From Deinococcota bacterium (GTDB taxonomy: Bacteria; Deinococcota; Deinococci; Deinococcales; Thermaceae), in the NCBI GenBank assembly GCA_041695225.1, contig JBGFRI010000014.1, forward strand, positions 32,001-96,000: DNA of 64,000 nucleotides. The letters are read 5' to 3'. The notes under the pieces are model-generated. The model did no database searches and was not told where the DNA came from. It saw only the letters and a list, made by a program, of their open reading frames with translations. The translations under genes were made by a program, and so were the position numbers. This document shows positions 11,336 to 21,000 of this stretch, piece by piece. Every line of letters begins with the position of its first letter. Position 1 is the stretch's first letter.

Positions 11336-11824
11336 ATGGAACTTCACATTGTGCGGCTTGAAAAGCCAGAAAATCTGAACGTTATCCTGGGCACGAGCCA
11401 CTTCATCAAGACCGTGGAGGACTTGCACGAAGCCCTGGTCACGGCGGTTCCGGGAATCAAGTTCGGCCTGGCTTTTTGCGAGGCCTCGGGAAAACGCCTG
11501 ATTCGCAAGACCGGTACTGCCCCGGAGCTAATCGAGCTGGCAGTCCGGAACGCCCAGGCCATTGGGGCAGGCCACTCCTTTCTGATCGTGCTGGGTGAGG
11601 GCTTTTTTCCTATCAACGTGCTCCATGCGGTCAAAGCCTGCCCGGAAGTGGTGCAGATTTTCGCCGCAACGGCTAACCCACTCTCGGTAGTTGTCGCCGA
11701 GCAGAACGACCAGCGCGGAATTCTGGGGGTTCTGGATGGCCACAAGCCTCTGGGGGTAGAGTCCGAGGAAGACCTCTTGTGGCGCAAGGAGATCCTGCGC
11801 CGGTTTGGCTACAAGCTGGGGTAA
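11336..11824 (+). CDS. Adenosine-specific kinase / AMP-binding protein (DUF355)
   Basis: NVILGTSHFIKTVEDL, FCEASGKRL, ATANPL, GYKL. Confidence 0.88.
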   Translation: MELHIVRLEKPENLNVILGTSHFIKTVEDLHEALVTAVPGIKFGLAFCEASGKRLIRKTGTAPELIELAVRNAQAIGAGHSFLIVLGEGFFPINVLHAVKACPEVVQIFAATANPLSVVVAEQNDQRGILGVLDGHKPLGVESEEDLLWRKEILRRFGYKLG

Positions 11825-11862
11825 AGCCGTCCCACGGGAAACTGACCATTCAAAGCCACGCT

Positions 11863-13368
11863 TCACCGCGGGCATTCAGACGCCATGGTAAATCTCACTT
11901 TCTGCCCGGGGCGCAGTTGGGCCAGCCAGGGCAGATCGGCCGGATGTACTATGGCCGGTTTGGTGAAGCCACCGATGCGGCCCCGGTCATTTAGCAGTAC
12001 CAGGGGCTGCCCCTGGGTGGTGATCTGAATGGCACCCAGGGGTGTGGCCTCGCTGATTAGCTCGCCCCCCGGGACCTCCGGCCCCGACAACCTCAACCCC
12101 ATCCGATCCCCCGATACCAGTTCAAAGGGGGCCCGGCACAGGGCCTGCATGGCTTCCAGGCTGTACTGTGGCCCAGCCAGCAACCGAATTCGTCGCTTCA
12201 GAGGCCATTGTTGCCCAAACCCAAAACCCGCCAGGGGCATCCGGGGTGCTGCCAGGCCCAGCACATCCCCGGCCCGTAAGGCCCGCCCAACCAGTCCGGT
12301 GACATCGGTGCTGGCGCTGCCCCAAAACTGCTGGCTTTCAATTCCTCCTGCTATGGCCAGGTAACCCCGCACCCCCTCGGCGGTAGGCTTGAAGCTGAGC
12401 ACATCCCCTTTACGCAAAGCAAAAGTCTGGGCCCCTGGCGCCGGCTGGCCATTGACCAGCACAGACATTCCATAACCTGCAAAAGCCGCAACTACCGGCG
12501 AAAGCACGCTACAGACGGGGCCATTCAAGGTCAGCTCGAGCAGGGGTGCACCGGCTGGGTTACCAACCATCCGATTAGCAAGCGCTGCCGAATGCGCGTC
12601 CAGCACGCCCGATGCCGCCAGTCCAAAACGCCCTGCCATCTGCCGTCCGTCATCCATTACCAGATCCAGCAGGCCTGGCTGTTCCACCCGCAGGGCCGGG
12701 TAGCGCGGCTCGGTGGGAAGCAGTGGGCGTACTGCTGGCAGCTCTGGGGTGGGACCTTGCGAGGGCACAAACCGCACCCTGTCCCCGGCTTCCAGCAGAA
12801 ACACGTTTTCGCGGTGGGGGTTGTAAACCTGGGTTAGCGCAGTTCCGATCAGATGCCAGCCCCCGGGCGAGGGCAGCGGGTATATTCCAGTCTGGGTTCC
12901 AGCAATCGCCACCGAGTGGGCCGGAACCTGCACACGCGGTGTACTCCGGCGGGGCAGGCGCAAGTGTTCGTCGAGGGGCCCCAGAAAGGGAAACCCTGGG
13001 GTGAAGCCGGTAGCAAAAACCCGGTACAGGGGCTGGTGGTGTAGCCGCACCACCTCCTCAACTGGCAAACCAGTTTGTTGGGCCACCCAGGGCAGGTCGG
13101 GCCCGTCGTAGCGCACCGGAATTTCGACCTGTCTTCCTTCGGGGGGGCTAGGCAGAGCCTGCTTTCTCTGCTTCAGCCAGCGCTCCACCTGGGACTTGGA
13201 GACCCGATTGGCATCGAACTCGATATACACATTCACATAGCCGGGCACAATATCGGTCAGGCCCGGCAGCGGATCGCCAAGCAGGGCCCGCGCCAGGGCT
13301 AGCAGGCTAGCATTGGCCGATACGTCGAGCTGCTCGGAAAAGCCCAGATAGAAACCAGTGCGGGTCAT
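11863..13368 (-). CDS. pxpBC: 5-oxoprolinase PxpB-PxpC fusion
   Basis: PVRYDGPDL, GFTPGFPFLG, SPGGWHLIG (PxpB); DRMGLRL, GAIQIT, GGFTKPA (PxpC). Confidence 0.9.
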   Translation of the reverse strand: MTRTGFYLGFSEQLDVSANASLLALARALLGDPLPGLTDIVPGYVNVYIEFDANRVSKSQVERWLKQRKQALPSPPEGRQVEIPVRYDGPDLPWVAQQTGLPVEEVVRLHHQPLYRVFATGFTPGFPFLGPLDEHLRLPRRSTPRVQVPAHSVAIAGTQTGIYPLPSPGGWHLIGTALTQVYNPHRENVFLLEAGDRVRFVPSQGPTPELPAVRPLLPTEPRYPALRVEQPGLLDLVMDDGRQMAGRFGLAASGVLDAHSAALANRMVGNPAGAPLLELTLNGPVCSVLSPVVAAFAGYGMSVLVNGQPAPGAQTFALRKGDVLSFKPTAEGVRGYLAIAGGIESQQFWGSASTDVTGLVGRALRAGDVLGLAAPRMPLAGFGFGQQWPLKRRIRLLAGPQYSLEAMQALCRAPFELVSGDRMGLRLSGPEVPGGELISEATPLGAIQITTQGQPLVLLNDRGRIGGFTKPAIVHPADLPWLAQLRPGQKVRFTMASECPR

Positions 13369-13396
13369 GGAAAGGGCAGTGTACTGGTCAGAAACT

Positions 13397-14149
13397 CTAG
13401 TAGGTCTGGACGGTGATGCCCTCGGCCAGCAAAGCCTTCCTTATGGCCCTGGCTATCTCTACGGCCCGGGGGTTATCGCTATGAATACACAGGGTCCGGG
13501 CGCGTACCGGTACGGTTCCACCATCTATGGTTTCCACTTCACCTTTCACCACCATCTGCACCGCCCGCCGGGCAGCCTCTACAGGGCTTTCAATCAAGGC
13601 CCCAAACAAGCCTCTGGGCGCTAGCCGCCCATCGCGGTTATACCCACGCTCCGGGAAGGCTTCGGCGACGACCGGCACCCCCAGCTTTTCCGCCTCTGTC
13701 TCCAGGGGTGTGCTGGGCAGCACCACCAGTGGTAGGCTGGGGTCAAAATCTTTTACTGCCTGGGCAATCGCCCTGGCCGTTTCTGGGTCTCTAGTAGCAC
13801 GGTTGTAGAGCGCCCCGTGGGCCTTGACATGGTGCAGGGGCATTCCTGCTACCCGCAAAAAAGCGCTCAGAGCCCCCACCTGGTAAAGCACATCGGCATA
13901 CACTTCGTCTGGCGCAGCAGAAATTTCCCGCCGCCCAAACCCCACCAGGTCGGGGAAAGCGGGGTGTGCGCCAACGGCAATGCCCTCTCGTTTGGCAAGC
14001 CTTAGGGTGTGCCTTATGGTCAGCGGATCGCCGGCATGAAAACCGCAAGCCACATTAACCGAGCTAACCAGCGAAAACAGCTCTGCATCGTTGCCCAGTT
14101 TCCAGTTGCCATAAGATTCGCCAGCATCGGCATTGAGATCTATCTGCAT
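13397..14149 (-). CDS. pxpA: 5-oxoprolinase subunit A (LamB/YcsF)
   Basis: IDLNADAGES, NVACGFHAGDP, HVKAHGALYN, LCIHSD. Confidence 0.95.
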   Translation of the reverse strand: MQIDLNADAGESYGNWKLGNDAELFSLVSSVNVACGFHAGDPLTIRHTLRLAKREGIAVGAHPAFPDLVGFGRREISAAPDEVYADVLYQVGALSAFLRVAGMPLHHVKAHGALYNRATRDPETARAIAQAVKDFDPSLPLVVLPSTPLETEAEKLGVPVVAEAFPERGYNRDGRLAPRGLFGALIESPVEAARRAVQMVVKGEVETIDGGTVPVRARTLCIHSDNPRAVEIARAIRKALLAEGITVQTY

Positions 14150-14285
14150 TAGAGCACCCTCTGTCTAGCCGCCGTGGGTGGTAACAGCATTTGGTAAGAG
14201 TTCAAAAACGACAAAGTTTGGTTTGTCAAAGAGGACCGAGCCTTCCATGATTATCACGCAAAATGGACCTCAGACCTGGTACAAC

Positions 14286-15590
14286 CTAACCACCGATCAT
14301 GGTTCGCGGGAGCCAGGTCACGATCTCAGGAAATACCGTGATGATGGCGGCAGCCACCAGCAACATGGACACAAAGGGCAGAACCGAACGGGCGATGAAC
14401 AGGATGTCCCGGCCCGAAAGGCCCTTGATCACAAACAGGTTGAAGCCCACAGGGGGAGTGATCTGGGCAACCTCCACCGCAATTACCAGGAAGATTCCGA
14501 ACCACAAAAGGTCAATTCCCACCGCCGTGACAAGCGGCAGAATGACCGAGGTGGTCAGGACGATCATCGAGAAACCATCCAGAAACATCCCCAGCACAAT
14601 GAAGAGCAGCATCAAGATAGCTAATAGGGCATATTTGGATAGGCCAAGCTCCCCCACCCAGGTGGCTAGGGCAGACGGGATACCGGTAAAGCCCATGGCG
14701 ATGCTAAGCACGGCTGCCCCGGCCAGGATAAAGCCGATCATACAGGTGGTGCGCACGGCCCCCACCAGGCTCTCCAGCAGGCCCTGCCAGCTCAGGCTGC
14801 GGCTGAGTCCGGCGATGATCAGCGAGCCCAGAACCCCCAGGCTGGCCGCCTCGGTGGGAGTGGCCAGCCCGGCATATATGGAACCGATCAAGGCCACGAT
14901 CAGGAACACCACCGGGGCAATTTTCAGGCTGTCGCGCAACCGCTGTAGCAGCGGCGTAGGCGGGTCGGCCGGGGGCATCTGACGGGGGTTTAACAGGCTG
15001 GAAAGTACCAACCAGCCCATGAACAAGAGCATCACCAAAAGCCCTGGCAACAGCCCGGCGATGAAGAGCCGGGCAATAGAGACCTCAGCAGCCACCCCGT
15101 AAACAATCAGCATCACCGAGGGGGGGATCAGAAGACCCAAAGTACCGGAGCCAGCCAGCGAGCCCAACACCATCCGCTCGGGGTAGCCCCGCTTGAGAAG
15201 CTCTGGCAGAGCAATCTTGCCCACGGTGGCGGTGGTGGCTGCCGAGGAGCCGATTACCAATGCAAAAATGCCTGAGGCCAGTACGTTGGTATGCAGCAAG
15301 CGACCCGGAATCCAGCGCAGCCAGGGAGCCAGCCCCTCGAACAGGTTGGCGGCCAGACGTGTGCGATAAAGGATCTCCCCCATCCAGATGAACATCGGCA
15401 GCGCGGCCAGCGACCAGCTCGAGTTCGAGACCCACAGGCCGCTGGCCACGCTAAGTCCTGCCGGGGTGGTGGTGAAGAAGTGCAACCCTACCCAGCCCAC
15501 CCCCAGCAAGGCCACCCCTATCCAGAGCCCTCCGCCCAGCAACAGCAGGAGCAACAGTATCAGAAAGAGCGCGACCTGGGTAAGTTCTAT
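14286..15590 (-). CDS. dctM: TRAP transporter large permease DctM (apparent ATA start)
   Basis: LAALPMFIWMGE, GTLGLLIPPS, TPTEAA, ITPPVGFNLFV; the expected start after GGAG is ATA at 15590. Confidence 0.88.
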   Translation of the reverse strand: MELTQVALFLILLLLLLLGGGLWIGVALLGVGWVGLHFFTTTPAGLSVASGLWVSNSSWSLAALPMFIWMGEILYRTRLAANLFEGLAPWLRWIPGRLLHTNVLASGIFALVIGSSAATTATVGKIALPELLKRGYPERMVLGSLAGSGTLGLLIPPSVMLIVYGVAAEVSIARLFIAGLLPGLLVMLLFMGWLVLSSLLNPRQMPPADPPTPLLQRLRDSLKIAPVVFLIVALIGSIYAGLATPTEAASLGVLGSLIIAGLSRSLSWQGLLESLVGAVRTTCMIGFILAGAAVLSIAMGFTGIPSALATWVGELGLSKYALLAILMLLFIVLGMFLDGFSMIVLTTSVILPLVTAVGIDLLWFGIFLVIAVEVAQITPPVGFNLFVIKGLSGRDILFIARSVLPFVSMLLVAAAIITVFPEIVTWLPRTMIGG

Positions 15591-15593
15591 AGC

Positions 15594-16109
15594 TCACTCC
15601 CTTGCTTGGCCCTCGGCCAAGTAAGTGGGCAACTCGCCACGCAACAAAGAAACCAGGGTATCGGCCAGGGCCACAGTGAAGATGGCCATGCCTGCCGCTA
15701 CCAGGCTCTGGGGAATCCAGATGGGCAGTGGCAAAACCCCTGGGGCCAGGTCGCCGTAGCGGTAGGAGTCCAGCACCAGCCGCACCAGGTGGTAGGTGGC
15801 GTAGCTCGCGGCCACGAGTGAAAGGCCCCCGACCAGTAGTTCCAGCGCCAGCCTGGTTCTGCCCTTAAGCAACCGCACCAGCACCCCCACTCGGATATGG
15901 ACCCCGGCCCTGAGGGCGGGGGCCAGGGCGAAGAAAACCGCCCCGGCCATGGCAAACCCAGAAAGCTCGTTGGCGGAGGGAACGACAATCCCAAGCTGCC
16001 GACCCAAAATCTGGGCCAGGATAATCAAGAAGATGAAGACCACCAGCCCCCCGGCCATGAAGCCAGAAAAGCGGTACAAACCATCCAGCAGCCTGCGCAT
16101 CCCGGCCAC
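15594..16109 (-). CDS. dctQ: TRAP transporter small permease DctQ
   Basis: 4 TM segments, G.HIRV motif, between dctP and dctM. Confidence 0.88.
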   Translation of the reverse strand: MAGMRRLLDGLYRFSGFMAGGLVVFIFLIILAQILGRQLGIVVPSANELSGFAMAGAVFFALAPALRAGVHIRVGVLVRLLKGRTRLALELLVGGLSLVAASYATYHLVRLVLDSYRYGDLAPGVLPLPIWIPQSLVAAGMAIFTVALADTLVSLLRGELPTYLAEGQARE

Positions 16110-16116
16110 CCTCAGC

Positions 16117-17094
16117 CTAGCGGGCTCCGGTGGCCCGGAAGGCCCGGTAGATGTTGACCCCGGTGGCTCCAGCCTGCCTTAACCACTCGTTAGTCATGAC
16201 CTGGCCCACCTGCCTGAGTTCGGCCATGAGCTGTGGGCTGGGCTGCAATACCCGCATTCCCCGCTGGGCCAGAATGGCGGCCATACTATCGGCCTGCTGC
16301 TGGCTGATCTGCCAGCCACGCTGCTCGGCCCGCCTGGCCGCAGCCAGCACCGCCTCGCGGTCTGCAGGACTCAGGCCATCCAGGGCCCGGCGGCTCACAA
16401 ATACCATATTCTTAGGAATCCAGGCCCTTAGGTCGTAAAAGTAGCGGGTAAAGTCCCACGCATGGCTGTCCACCCCGGTGGAAGCCGAGGTGATCATGGC
16501 CTCTACAATACCTGTGGCAAAGGCATGTGGAATGTCGGCGGCCTCAACAAGGGTGGGGGTCATGCCGGTCAACTCGGCAATACGAACGGTAGCCGGGTTA
16601 TGGGCCCGGAAGCGCAGACCCCTGAGGTCGGCAACGCTGTTAACTGGTCGTCTTGTGAAAAGACCCTGCCCTGGCCAAGGAACCGAAAACAGCAGGGTCG
16701 CTCTCTGCCGGTTAAGCCAGCTTTCGACCTCTGTCCGGGAAACCCGATACAGTCGCTCAGCTTCCTCGTAGCTTGTGGCCAGGAAGGGAATCGAGTCCAG
16801 GGCTAAAACCGGGTTTTCACGCGCCAGAAAGGACATGAACACCTCGCCCATCTGAATCTGGCCAGCTCGCACCCCCGGCAGGATCTGGCCGTGGGGCAGG
16901 AGCGCGCCCCCACTGTGAACCCGAATCACCAGACGGCCCTGGGTAGCGGCCTCTACCTCGCGGGCGAACTCGCGGATGTTGATGGTATGGAAGTTGCCAT
17001 CTGGGTAAGGGGTTGCCATGTTCCAGGTCTGGGTCTGGGCTAGGGCCCCGCCCAGGGCCAGGGTTGCCAAGAGTCCTACTACCTTGTTATACAT
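16117..17094 (-). CDS. dctP: TRAP solute-binding protein DctP
   Basis: Signal peptide, YPDGNFHT, DLRGLRFR, GIVEAMITS. Confidence 0.9.
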   Translation of the reverse strand: MYNKVVGLLATLALGGALAQTQTWNMATPYPDGNFHTINIREFAREVEAATQGRLVIRVHSGGALLPHGQILPGVRAGQIQMGEVFMSFLARENPVLALDSIPFLATSYEEAERLYRVSRTEVESWLNRQRATLLFSVPWPGQGLFTRRPVNSVADLRGLRFRAHNPATVRIAELTGMTPTLVEAADIPHAFATGIVEAMITSASTGVDSHAWDFTRYFYDLRAWIPKNMVFVSRRALDGLSPADREAVLAAARRAEQRGWQISQQQADSMAAILAQRGMRVLQPSPQLMAELRQVGQVMTNEWLRQAGATGVNIYRAFRATGAR

Positions 17095-17925
17095 ACTTTC
17101 CTCCTTTGTGCTGAGGCGTTACCGCCTGAAGCGTCTGCAACAAGCCCCGGATATCGGTCTGCCAGGGCCCCTTATATCCCAGACGCCGGGAGATTTGTTG
17201 GGCGGTCTGGTCAAGGTCTTTAAGGTAGTTTGCCAACTTGTCACCCTCACGGTAGATGGCCTCGGCCCCGGCCAGACTGAGCGCGGACAGCACTTCTCCA
17301 CCAGCCCCACAGATGGGCGCAGCCAACTCGGCGGAATGGGGCTCGAGCTCGCCAAAGCTGACGGCAAAGCCGGTCTGGCGGGTTAGGGCCAAAAGCTCTC
17401 TAAGCCTGGACAACTCCACCGGCGTGGCCAGGGTATAGCGTTTGCGCTCGCCGCTCCACACCTCCTGCTGCACCGCCTCCGTCGCAAAGGCCAGGAGCAG
17501 TCTGGTGGAAGCCCCGGCGTATAGGGGGGCGCGACGACCAGGTGCGATGTAGAGGCGCACCCTCGAGCGGGCCTCCAGCACCTCCAGGTAGACACCCTCG
17601 AGCCCATCCCTAACTACCCATTGCACCGACTGGCCTGTGGCGTCGCGCAAAGCCTGCATCAGGGGTAGAGCCACCTGGCGGGCCGGGTAGGCTGCCTTGA
17701 CCAGGGCCCCAAGGTACAACAGGCAGGTACCAAGCCGGTAGCGCCGGTTTTCCCGTATCAGCAGGCCGTGCTGCTCTAGCGCCCTCAGGCTGCGCAAACA
17801 GGTAGCTTTTGACCAACCGCTGGCCCGGGCCAGTTCGGACAGACCCCAGTAGGGGTGTTCCTCGCTAAAAAACCCAGCAGGTAAAGGGGGCGCTCCAAGG
17901 TTGGGATAGCTTTCTCTGGTTTCAC
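17087..17925 (-). pseudogene. IclR-family regulator split by a -1 frameshift at 17866-17875
   Basis: GTG 17925 after AGGTGG gives KPEKAIPTLERPLYLLGF; the HTH (GLSELARASGWSKAT) and effector domain continue in the -1 frame. Confidence 0.85.
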
Positions 17926-18207
17926 TGAATGAACCACCTATTTATTGAGTGAACCTAATCTATCAATATGCTTGCAGGCTGTCAAGACCAGCCCCGCTCG
18001 CCCCGGTCAGTGCCAACTAACGGGTTTGCATTGGCTGTTGTTCGCCGACGAATACCCCCTGCCTCCAGATTCATCCCGTGTCGGACAATACAGCAAAGAG
18101 GCCGTTGCAGCCCACCCTGGCCTCCCCCATTCTGGAGGAGCTACCTTCGCACTGGCGCCTCTGGAGGACCAGCCTGAGGCTGGATAAGCGAAGTCAGAGA
18201 TCGGGCT

Positions 18208-19185
18208 TCACAGGCCCAAAATCAAGGCAAACATCAGCGGCGCCACAATCGAGGCATCCGACTCAATCATGAACTTGGGAGTATCCATCCCCAGCTTGCC
18301 CCAGGTGATTTTCTCGTTGGGGACTGCCCCCGAGTAAGAGCCGTAGCTGGTAGTGGAGTCGGATATCTGGCAGAAGTAGCCCCATAGCGGAATCTCGGTA
18401 CGTCGCATGTCCTGGTGTAACATTGGCACCACGCAGATAGGAAAGTCGCCGGCAATGCCCCCGCCAAGCTGAAATAATCCAATGGAGTGCTGGGCACTGG
18501 TCTGGACATACCATTGAGCCAGCATCATCATGTACTCGATGCCCGAGCGCACGGTATGCACATTCTTTATATGCCCACTCAAGCAGTGGCCCGCATACAT
18601 ATTGCCGGAGGTGGAGTCTTCCCAGCCCGGCGTCAGAATGGGCAGGTTTCTCTCAGCAGCCGCCACCACCCAGCTATCCTTGGGGTCAATCTGGTAATAC
18701 TGCTCGAGCCTGCCCTTTTCGATAATCCGGTACAAAAACTCGTGCGGGAAGTAGCGTTCCCCTGCTGCATCTGAGGCTTCCCACTCCTCAAGCAGGGCCC
18801 CTTCCAACCGGCGCATGGCCTCCATCTCAGGAATGCAGGTATCGGTGACGCGGTTCAAGTGCTTTTCCAGGAGACGTTGCTCGTCGTGGGCAGTCAGTTC
18901 GCGCCAGTGAGGCACCCGCTCGTAGTGGTGATGGGCGACCAGATTAAACAGGTCTTCTTCCAGATTGGCCCCGGTACAGCTAATGGCGTGTACCTTGCCC
19001 TGGCGGATCATTTCAGCCAGCGATATGCCCAGCTCGGCGGTACTCATGGCCCCGGCCAGCGTGACCATCATCACCCCACCCTGGTCGAGGTGCAAACGAT
19101 AGGCTTCGGCGGCATCCACCAGCGTGGCGGCGTTGAAGTGGCGGAAATGATGCTTTATAAACTTTGAAATTTCTCCACGAGACAT
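18208..19185 (-). CDS. Deoxyhypusine synthase-like protein (probable homospermidine pathway)
   Basis: GAMSTAELG, CTGANLEED, GGGIAGDFPICVVP, SYSGAVPNEKITWGK. Confidence 0.9.
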   Translation of the reverse strand: MSRGEISKFIKHHFRHFNAATLVDAAEAYRLHLDQGGVMMVTLAGAMSTAELGISLAEMIRQGKVHAISCTGANLEEDLFNLVAHHHYERVPHWRELTAHDEQRLLEKHLNRVTDTCIPEMEAMRRLEGALLEEWEASDAAGERYFPHEFLYRIIEKGRLEQYYQIDPKDSWVVAAAERNLPILTPGWEDSTSGNMYAGHCLSGHIKNVHTVRSGIEYMMMLAQWYVQTSAQHSIGLFQLGGGIAGDFPICVVPMLHQDMRRTEIPLWGYFCQISDSTTSYGSYSGAVPNEKITWGKLGMDTPKFMIESDASIVAPLMFALILGL

Positions 19186-19196
19186 AGGGTTCCTCC

Positions 19197-19235
19197 AGGT
19201 TGCGGCTTTGCCGGAGCCGCCATGGCGGCTCGCCT
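19197..19235 (+). repeat. 39-bp REP-like element, covariant copy 5
   Basis: aggttgcggctttgccggagccgccatggcggctcgcct; same length and termini, second stem substituted. Confidence 0.8.
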
Positions 19236-19427
19236 TGTTCTCGCGGGGTGGGCGAATATGGCTCCCCCCTTCGGTCTATGCCGAACGCCAACGGGTTACA
19301 GGCCGGTGAACCCAGCCCGCCTGCTCGCTTGAAGTGTACTGAAACCAGCTGGGAAATCAAGACCCCAGCAGAGATTGCCTTAGTGCGTACCTCATTTTCT
19401 AGCCATAACCAGCCGAGCTGGGCAAGC

Positions 19428-19655
19428 TTAAGGCCCACGAAACCAGCGTAACAGCAGGCTGAGCAACAGGCTCAGAACAAGGCTGATCAACAACATCGAG
19501 GCCAGCGGGAGGTAGAAGCGAAACCCGTCGCGTTCAATACGGATATCCCCCGGCAGGCGACCAAACCAGTTCAAAAGCCACGGGGCATAAATCAACAGCA
19601 GGCCCAAAGCCACCAGCAAAAGACCCAGCAAAACCAGGCCGCGCCCAATATCCAC
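19428..19655 (-). CDS. DUF2905 small membrane protein
   Basis: GRLPGDIRIER..FRFYLPLASMLLIS signature. Confidence 0.88.
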   Translation of the reverse strand: MDIGRGLVLLGLLLVALGLLLIYAPWLLNWFGRLPGDIRIERDGFRFYLPLASMLLISLVLSLLLSLLLRWFRGP

Positions 19656-19658
19656 CCC

Positions 19659-20573
19659 CTAATAGTATCCTAGCTCCCGCAAGGCTTCGGGGTCTTTGCG
19701 CCAGTTGGGGTAGACCTTGACCTCGAGATCGAGGTAGACCTTGTGGGACAAAAACACCTCTAACTGCTTACGCGCCGCCGCCCCAATTTCCTTGAGCATC
19801 CGCCCCTTGGCTCCGATCAAAATGGGCCTGTGACCCTCACGTTCGACATAGATATTGACCCGAATATAGAACACCCCACTGCCTCTGCCGGCAGCGGCGG
19901 GGCGCAGCTCAAACTCCTCGGTTTTGGTGGCGATAGAGTAGGGAATCTCTTCTTTAAGCCGCTTCATGGCCTCTTCGCGTACAATTTCGGCGGCCCACTC
20001 CCCCGGGGTCTGGTCGCCTTTGGCATAGTCTTGGGGGAAGAAGAAAGGCCCTGGGGGCAAAAGCGCCGAAATCTCGTCCCGCAGGGCTTTGGCATCGCGT
20101 TCGTTCTGGGCCGAGATCATACGGATTTCCAGGCCGGGAAGCAGCTGGGCATAGGCCTGCATCGCGGCGTCGGGGTATCTGGCGGTATCGGTCTTGTTGC
20201 CTATCAGAAATATCGAGACCTGGTCCTTGAGGGGACGTAGTGCGCGCGCCACCAGCTCGTCTTCGTGGGTGGGCGGGTGGCGCAGATCAACCAGCCACAA
20301 CACCGCATTCACCTCGACCAGAGCTTCGACAATCTGACGGATCATGTACTCGCTCATGGCATCGGCGGCCTCGTGCCAGCCCGGGGTGTCCACAAACACA
20401 ATCTGACGGCTGCCCTCGGTATGGATGCCGCGCACCCGCTTGCGGGTGGTCTGGGGCTTGGGGCTGATGGGAGCAATCTTCACCCCCAGCATAGAATTAA
20501 CCAGGGTAGACTTGCCCACATTGGGCTTGCCTACCACCGCCACAAAACCAGAGTAGGTAGTTCCTTCGGTCAC
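19659..20573 (-). CDS. era: GTPase Era
   Basis: GKPNVGKST, PQTTR, DTPG, NKTD, KH domain LIGAKGRMLK. Confidence 0.96.
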   Translation of the reverse strand: MTEGTTYSGFVAVVGKPNVGKSTLVNSMLGVKIAPISPKPQTTRKRVRGIHTEGSRQIVFVDTPGWHEAADAMSEYMIRQIVEALVEVNAVLWLVDLRHPPTHEDELVARALRPLKDQVSIFLIGNKTDTARYPDAAMQAYAQLLPGLEIRMISAQNERDAKALRDEISALLPPGPFFFPQDYAKGDQTPGEWAAEIVREEAMKRLKEEIPYSIATKTEEFELRPAAAGRGSGVFYIRVNIYVEREGHRPILIGAKGRMLKEIGAAARKQLEVFLSHKVYLDLEVKVYPNWRKDPEALRELGYY

Positions 20574-20835
20574 CGTTTTAGTATAGGGCCAAGGGCCTGG
20601 GTTTTATCGCATCCCGGTTGGAACAGTCACGGGCAGCCGCAGAGGTGTTCTGCTGCGTTCAAAAGGATTTCTTTGGTACCTGGTGCAGCCACAATGGCAC
20701 CTACAGCATAATTTACACCTTCCCAGAGCCGGGCAGCTGCGAATAACCCTAGAGGACAGTCAGAAATTACCAGGACACCCAGTCTCTTGAGTAGAGTTTT
20801 CAATGAGCTCGGTAGCTGAAAGGGCGGCACCAAAG

Positions 20836-20950
20836 CCCCCTCTCCCTAGCTTGGGAGAGGGTTGGGGTGAGGGTTGAATGCTGCCAAAGACGCCATGGTT
20901 CGCTGCGCTCACCCCCCTCACCCAGCCTCTCCCACCAGGGGAGAGGAGAT
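20836..20950. repeat. CCCTCTCCC/GGGAGAGGG-type inverted REP pair
   Basis: ccctctccc-tagctt-gggagagggttggggtgaggg ... ccctcacccagcctctccc-acca-ggggagagg; related half at about 42704-42735. Confidence 0.8.
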
Positions 20951-21000
20951 TTCTCCAACATCCGCTGGCTTGGGCGGTCTGTATGCCCCCTCTTGCCTAC

